A stretch of 64,000 nucleotides of DNA, from contig JADMII010000004.1 of NCBI GenBank assembly GCA_015478665.1, forward strand, positions 80,586 to 144,585, written 5' to 3'. Position 1 is the stretch's first letter. Each line of letters opens with the position of its first letter. Made by a program: the position numbers and the translations under genes. Shown one piece after another: positions 58,911 through 64,000 of the stretch. A model generated the notes under the pieces. That model was given only the letters and a program-made list of their open reading frames with translations. It was not told the origin of the DNA and searched no databases. This DNA comes from Dehalococcoidia bacterium. GTDB lineage: Bacteria; Chloroflexota; Dehalococcoidia; DSTF01; JACRBR01.

Positions 58911-60289
58911 CGACCAACTGTCTCCCGGGCGACGGGCGCCACCGAGCGCCCGCCCGTGAGCTGACGCCAGCGCTCCCCGGTCATCCGCCAGATCTCCGCG
59001 AGCGACACCGATGCGAAGACGCTGAGCGGGATGTACAGCGCGTAATGATATCGGGGATCGCCGACGAACAGCACGCCAAACAGCAGCACGTAGAACGGCA
59101 CCAGCGCCAGCAGAACCCACATTCTCAGGTCGCGACGACGGAACCAGAGCGGCGCGCCGGCGAGGGCGAGTGCCATCAGCCCGTAGAAGGCGAAGTTCGA
59201 CAGCCGGATCAGCTTGTCGGCGCCGGCCGCGCCGAACCACGGCTTGTTGCTCTGGGTCCACGTGACGCCGGCATCGTCGCTGCCCAGGAAGAAGTATGTC
59301 CGCTGCGGGATCAGTCGCAGCTCCCGCGGGATGTGCGTGAGCGCCCAGCGCCGCGCCATACGGGACCCGGCGGCGTTCGACTCGACCTCCGCCTTCGTGC
59401 GGTTGAGGCGCTGATACGGCGCTTCGAGCCGCAGCACCGCCTCGAGGCTGCGGCCGCCGTTCGTCGCCGGGTTGTGCGCCTGGAACGCCACCCGCCCCGA
59501 GCCTGTCGTGCCGGCGATCAGTGCATCCATCTGCACCGCGTTCCGCACGACCCACGGCGCCACGATGACGGCGGCGCCGACGGCGAGCGCCGCCAGCGGC
59601 AGCGCCGCCTGCCGTCGATAGCGGATGAGGAGCAGCAGCGCGATCACGGCGCCGTACGCGAGGAACTCGCCGCGGACGTAGCCGGTGAAGGCGACGAGCG
59701 CACCCAGCCCGGCGAGCAGCGCGGGGCGCGGGCGCTGCCGGTCGAAGACGAAGTACACGCAGATGGTGATTGTCAGCGCCAGCAGGAAGCCGAAGTACGT
59801 CTCGGTGAGGAGGACGCCGGTGAACAGCACATGCCCCGGCAGGATCGCCAGGGCGAGGCCGGCGAAGGCGCCGGCAGTCAGGTCGAACAGCTTGCGGGCG
59901 ATGAGGAACACGAGCACGGGCGTCATGGCGCCGACCAGCACGTTGAAGAGGCGGGCCGCCCAGAGCGAATTCCCGGTCGCCAGATAGATCACCGAGAGCG
60001 TCGCCGGGTAGCCCGGCGGCCAGAGCGCCGTTGCCGTCACGTCTTGCTGCCCGAGGTAGATGGCGCTGCCATCCGGCGCCTTCCAGACCGTCGGGTCGAA
60101 GACGTAGCCGTCGCCGGCGGCGAGGTGGCGGGCCGCGGCGTCGTAGAAGACGCTGTCGTCGTAGCGCCCGTCGCGCGGGTTGGGGTGCACGTAGGCGACG
60201 AAGGCCAGCCGCACGACCAGCGACAGGGCGAAGATGGCGATGATCCAGCGCGCCTCCGGCACCGCCAGCCAGCGTTCGACGCGCCTCAC
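58907..60289 (-). CDS. GT-C membrane glycosyltransferase, PMT/ArnT (GT39/GT83-like) family, paralog 1
   Basis: GTG start overlapping the upstream stop; multi-TM N-region with a DG.Y.....A..L loop-1 motif and a C-terminal periplasmic domain. Confidence 0.7.
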   Translation of the reverse strand: MRRVERWLAVPEARWIIAIFALSLVVRLAFVAYVHPNPRDGRYDDSVFYDAAARHLAAGDGYVFDPTVWKAPDGSAIYLGQQDVTATALWPPGYPATLSVIYLATGNSLWAARLFNVLVGAMTPVLVFLIARKLFDLTAGAFAGLALAILPGHVLFTGVLLTETYFGFLLALTITICVYFVFDRQRPRPALLAGLGALVAFTGYVRGEFLAYGAVIALLLLIRYRRQAALPLAALAVGAAVIVAPWVVRNAVQMDALIAGTTGSGRVAFQAHNPATNGGRSLEAVLRLEAPYQRLNRTKAEVESNAAGSRMARRWALTHIPRELRLIPQRTYFFLGSDDAGVTWTQSNKPWFGAAGADKLIRLSNFAFYGLMALALAGAPLWFRRRDLRMWVLLALVPFYVLLFGVLFVGDPRYHYALYIPLSVFASVSLAEIWRMTGERWRQLTGGRSVAPVARETVGR

Positions 60290-61569
60290 GACCGCAGCTC
60301 CAGCAGCGAGCGGTGCCGCCGGTCCCAGAGCGCGACGACCGTCGCGGCGGCGATGATCACGACGAGCGGGATCGCCGGGAAGTGGAAGCGCGGGTCGCCG
60401 AAGAAGACGAGCGGGATGGCCAGCACGTAGAGCAGCGCCGCCAGCAGGAAGGCGCGCCGGATGTCCTTCGAGAGCGCGAAGGCCAGGGCGCCGCAGATCG
60501 CCACCAGGCCCGTCGCATAGTAGATGGCGTTCGCCGCGAAGGAGAGCACATCCCGCCGCCCCTGCGGAATGAAGTTGTCGTACCCGTACGACTGCGTCGC
60601 GTACAACCCGTCGTCGTCCGTGTACAGCAGCCAGTACGCCTTCCGGGCGATCAGCCCCGGCATCCGCAGTGGATCGCGGACGACGTCCTTGATCGCCGTC
60701 CGCACGCCGTCGCGGTTGCGCTGCAGCTCGACCTGCTGCGGCGAGAGGCCGTCGTAGCCGGCGAAGCACTTGCCGTACAGAAGAAAGGCGCCGGTCGCGC
60801 CGCTGAAGTTGCCGATGCAGAGGTCGTCGCCGAGGTTCGTCGAGGTGCCGACGGGCGTGTCGAACGCCAGCGTGTTGCGGACGGACCACGGCACCGTCAG
60901 TACGGCGACGCCCGCCAGCACGACGAGCGTCTGCACGACGGCGCGCCTCCTGGAACGCAGGTAGAACCACCAGACCGCGAGCAGCAGCAGTGGGAAGGCG
61001 AGCGTGATCGCCCGCGTCATCGTCGCGGCGCTCAGCAGCACGCCGACGGCGAAGAGGCGCTGCCACGACATCCCCTCGCGCTCCCACGGATGCCATAACA
61101 ACACCAGCAGCGCCGCCATCAGCAGCAGCGTGAACAGGGGCTCGGACAGCACGCTGCCCGTATAGAACACCTGGCTGGGGAAGATCGCGAGCAGCGCGCC
61201 CGCGGCGAAGCCGACGCGCCGGTCGAGCAGCCGCGCCGCCAGCGCATAGGCGAGCAGCACCGTGAGGGCGCCGAAGACGCCGTTCATCATTTTGATCGAG
61301 AAGGTGCTGCGTCCCCAGCCGAACAGGTCGCCCGCCTTCTTCAGGCCGCCGAGCGTCGCCGGGAAGCCGACGGGGTAATAGGCGAACTTCTCGCCCGTCG
61401 GACGCACGTAGCCGTCGCCGTCGGCGATGAGGTCGCCGAAGAGGACGTACAGTGACGGGTCGTTGAGCCCCTTCGGCGGCCGGTCGGCGTACGACACCCA
61501 GGCCGCGCGGGGGATGATCGCCATCACGAACAGCGCCAGCAGCAGGACGACGTCGATCCGCGCCGGCAT
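60286..61569 (-). CDS. GT-C membrane glycosyltransferase, PMT/ArnT family, paralog 2
   Basis: Internal ATG (MPARIDVVLLLALFV...); same architecture as the neighbouring paralogs. Confidence 0.7.
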   Translation of the reverse strand: MPARIDVVLLLALFVMAIIPRAAWVSYADRPPKGLNDPSLYVLFGDLIADGDGYVRPTGEKFAYYPVGFPATLGGLKKAGDLFGWGRSTFSIKMMNGVFGALTVLLAYALAARLLDRRVGFAAGALLAIFPSQVFYTGSVLSEPLFTLLLMAALLVLLWHPWEREGMSWQRLFAVGVLLSAATMTRAITLAFPLLLLAVWWFYLRSRRRAVVQTLVVLAGVAVLTVPWSVRNTLAFDTPVGTSTNLGDDLCIGNFSGATGAFLLYGKCFAGYDGLSPQQVELQRNRDGVRTAIKDVVRDPLRMPGLIARKAYWLLYTDDDGLYATQSYGYDNFIPQGRRDVLSFAANAIYYATGLVAICGALAFALSKDIRRAFLLAALLYVLAIPLVFFGDPRFHFPAIPLVVIIAAATVVALWDRRHRSLLELRS

Positions 61570-61646
61570 CCGTCGTCGCGCCCGGGCCGGTTGCCGTTCG
61601 AGCGGCGGCGCCGGCAGGGCGCGGGCGGAAGCGGGCACCTCGGCAC

Positions 61647-62945
61647 TCACGCGGGAGCGTACCCCCGGTCGAGGCTCGGTTCGCGCCGGAGCACGACGGC
61701 TGGCAGGGCGAGCAGGCCGCGCGCCGCGAGCAGCGCGATGATGAAGACGACGGGGAAGTGGAAGCGCGAATCGCCGAAGAAGACGATGTGCACGGCCGTC
61801 CAGGCGAGGAGCGTCAGCGGCAGCACGGCCAGCGGCCCGCGCAGCCGCCGTCGCTCGACGATCAGGCCAGCGCCCGCGAGCCCGAGTGCGGCGAACCAGA
61901 AGCCGTTCGCCACCGCGCGCAGCAGGTCTTCGGCGGGGATCGTGTCGCGGCTGGTGCCGTACGCGGTGTTCCAGTCGAGCGCCGTGGCATCGGACTCGTA
62001 GAGCGCGCGCACCTTGAGGCCGGCGAGACGCACCTCGTCTACGGGATGCGTCGCGATATAGCCGAGCGCCTTGCGCAGCTGCATCTGGTCGCCCTTGATC
62101 TCGTACTGCTGCTGCGTCAGCCCGATACGGCTCGGCAGCGGCAGCGGCTGGTCGCTCTGCATCCTGCCCGACGACCCGGCGTGGTTCCCCAGCCAGAGGT
62201 TTCCGCCGACGTTGGCGGCGATCAGCACCGGGCTTTCGAGCTCTCGTTCGTTTCGCACGACCCACGGCGCCAGCAGGACGCCGGTGACGGCCGCGGCTAG
62301 GATACCCCAGCCGATCGCCCGCCGCCATCGCACGCCGCAGGCACGCCAGGCGACGGAGGCCAGCGGCAGCAGCATCAGCGCCTGGCCGCGCGTCAGGGCC
62401 GCGGCGGCGGTGACGGCGCCGAAGAGGATGAGCAGCGCCCCGCCCCAGGCGCCCCGCTCCGGCATGAGGAGGATCAGCCACACGGCCGTGACGAAGAGCA
62501 GCGTGAACAGCACTTCGGACAGCGTCAGCGACGCGAAGAAGACCTGCCCCGGCCAGATCGCCAGCGCAACGCCGGCCAGCAGCGCGGTGCGCCGCTCGAA
62601 GAGCTGGATGCCGATGGCGTACACGACGGCCACGGTCAGCGCTGCCAGGACCGTGTTGGCGATGTAGGTCTGTGCCAGGCCGGCGCCGAAGGCCTTGAAC
62701 ACGGCGCCAAGGAACACCGGGTAGCCGGGCGGCCAGAGCGCGGTCGGCGTGCCGCTGTAGGGGTTCGCGTAGCCGCGGCCCAGCGCCACCAGCGCCGCGC
62801 TGTTGCGGTACCAGACGGTGTCGTCGAAGCGCCCGTCGTTCGGGTCAGGGTGGATGGCGCTGATCCAGGCGAGCCGCGTCGCCAGCGCCAGCAGGAGGAG
62901 GAGACCCAGCGCCGGGAGATGCCGCCGGATCGATGCCGTGTTCAA
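61647..62945 (-). CDS. GT-C membrane glycosyltransferase, PMT/ArnT family, paralog 3
   Basis: 432 aa; DD..WY...A..LA.G.GY motif in the first extracytoplasmic loop; about 12 TM segments. Confidence 0.7.
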   Translation of the reverse strand: MNTASIRRHLPALGLLLLLALATRLAWISAIHPDPNDGRFDDTVWYRNSAALVALGRGYANPYSGTPTALWPPGYPVFLGAVFKAFGAGLAQTYIANTVLAALTVAVVYAIGIQLFERRTALLAGVALAIWPGQVFFASLTLSEVLFTLLFVTAVWLILLMPERGAWGGALLILFGAVTAAAALTRGQALMLLPLASVAWRACGVRWRRAIGWGILAAAVTGVLLAPWVVRNERELESPVLIAANVGGNLWLGNHAGSSGRMQSDQPLPLPSRIGLTQQQYEIKGDQMQLRKALGYIATHPVDEVRLAGLKVRALYESDATALDWNTAYGTSRDTIPAEDLLRAVANGFWFAALGLAGAGLIVERRRLRGPLAVLPLTLLAWTAVHIVFFGDSRFHFPVVFIIALLAARGLLALPAVVLRREPSLDRGYAPA

Positions 62946-62967
62946 GCTCCCGTCGGTCCTGTCCCCG

Positions 62968-64000
62968 CTACTCGCCCTTCACCATCGCCGGAGTCACGCG
63001 CTCCAGGCGACCCTGCTTCAGTTCCACAAGATACGGCACGCCGGACAGGCTCCGCTGCAGGCGCTCGAAGTCCGCCGACGTGACCGCGCGCACGGCGACG
63101 TCGCGGCCATACAGCGCCCGCCCGACGGAGAGCATCCAGCCGGACTGCCAGTAGGGGTTCGTCCACTGGCCCTGGTCGTCCACGACGTACACGGTGTGCC
63201 CCGGCGGCACCGTCGGGTACTGCTCGCGCAGGTCGCGCGCCAGCAGCTGCCAGCGCGCCGTGTCCTGCAGGAACGGCTCGGTCTGGGACGTCGTCTGCCA
63301 CGCGTAGAGGCCGCCGACCGCGACGAGCGCCGCCGCCGCCAGGACGTGCGCGGCGTAGCGGTTGAAGCGCACTGCGTGCTGGTGCGCCCAGCCGGCCGCG
63401 ACGGCGACGAGGATCGCGAAGAACGGCAGCGAGAGGTACGTGTAGCGCGTCGCCGTCCAGAGCTTGCTCGGCACGTAGGGCATCAGCCCGGCGACGACGC
63501 CGACGGCCGCCACGCGCGCGATGTTTGGCCCGCGGACGAAGAAGAAGATGCACCAGGCCGCCACGGCGGAGCCCACCGCCCATTCGACCGCCGTCGGTTC
63601 CTTGCGGATGGCGCCGACCGGATACGCCAGCCGGGACATGTACACCCACGTCTCGCGCGGGATGTGCCAGCCCAGGCCGTAGAAGCCGCCGTCGACCCCC
63701 TGGCAGCCGCAGCCGCTCAGGCCGCCGACGAGCAGCACCGAGGCGACGGCGAACGGCGCCATCTTCACCGCGAAGTCGAGCGCATCGCGGCGCCGCCAGA
63801 GCGACGCCCCGGCGAAGTAGACGATGAGCACCGCCGCCATGACGACGCCGCCTTCGTTCGCCAGAAAGCCGAGCACGAACGAGAGGAAGGAGAGCCAGTA
63901 CCACGCCGCCCGCCGCTCGCCGCTCTCGACGTAGCGGTAGAGGCTATAGAGCGCGCCGAGAAGGAACAGCTCGCTGAGGACGTGCGGCAGCGCGGTGATG
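62968..64000 (-). CDS. Membrane glycosyltransferase-like protein (GT-C, paralog 4?), 5'-truncated by the window edge
   Basis: The ORF stays open to the window end (upstream frame ...AAWYWLSFLSFVLGFLANEG); multi-TM region plus a C-terminal soluble domain. Confidence 0.55.
   Translation of the reverse strand, partial: ITALPHVLSELFLLGALYSLYRYVESGERRAAWYWLSFLSFVLGFLANEGGVVMAAVLIVYFAGASLWRRRDALDFAVKMAPFAVASVLLVGGLSGCGCQGVDGGFYGLGWHIPRETWVYMSRLAYPVGAIRKEPTAVEWAVGSAVAAWCIFFFVRGPNIARVAAVGVVAGLMPYVPSKLWTATRYTYLSLPFFAILVAVAAGWAHQHAVRFNRYAAHVLAAAALVAVGGLYAWQTTSQTEPFLQDTARWQLLARDLREQYPTVPPGHTVYVVDDQGQWTNPYWQSGWMLSVGRALYGRDVAVRAVTSADFERLQRSLSGVPYLVELKQGRLERVTPAMVKGE

Overview
High-GC (~70%) bacterial chromosomal window, probably from an actinobacterial or Chloroflexi/Thermomicrobia-like genome, with RBS of the GGAGG type and many 4-nt ATGA/GTGA stop-start overlaps. 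I support about 60 CDS, one tRNA-Lys(UUU) and two small repeat families. Housekeeping genes (nadA, murE, sbcCD, pheA, cysK, htpX, speH-like AdoMetDC, plsY, aspA, pepA, glyA, purH-purM-purF) alternate with accessory modules. The most interesting are: (1) a translationally coupled nurA-herA-sbcD-sbcC operon, the archaeal-type DNA-end-resection set; (2) a radical-SAM/SPASM, GT2 and NodU-type carbamoyltransferase operon preceded by a perfect 14-bp palindromic operator; (3) a long minus-strand glycosylation operon running from a nucleotidyltransferase, an epimerase and a polyprenyl-phosphate GT2 to four tandem GT-C (PMT/ArnT-like) membrane glycosyltransferases, and continuing past the window edge; (4) a ~700-bp divergent intergenic region between purF and a GT4 gene that carries three tandem 26-nt hairpin repeats plus a second ~40-nt direct repeat; (5) an orphan LarA lactate-racemase homologue coupled to a lipoprotein; (6) an NhaA-DsbA fusion. 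CDS coordinates come from the supplied ORF track, with internal starts placed by residue counting. Coordinates I read directly from the printed sequence (repeats, motifs, intergenic spans, and the starts I checked by eye) may be off by 1 nt, because my by-eye positions disagreed with the ORF track by 1 nt in a few places. Product calls rest on motifs I recognise, not on database searches.
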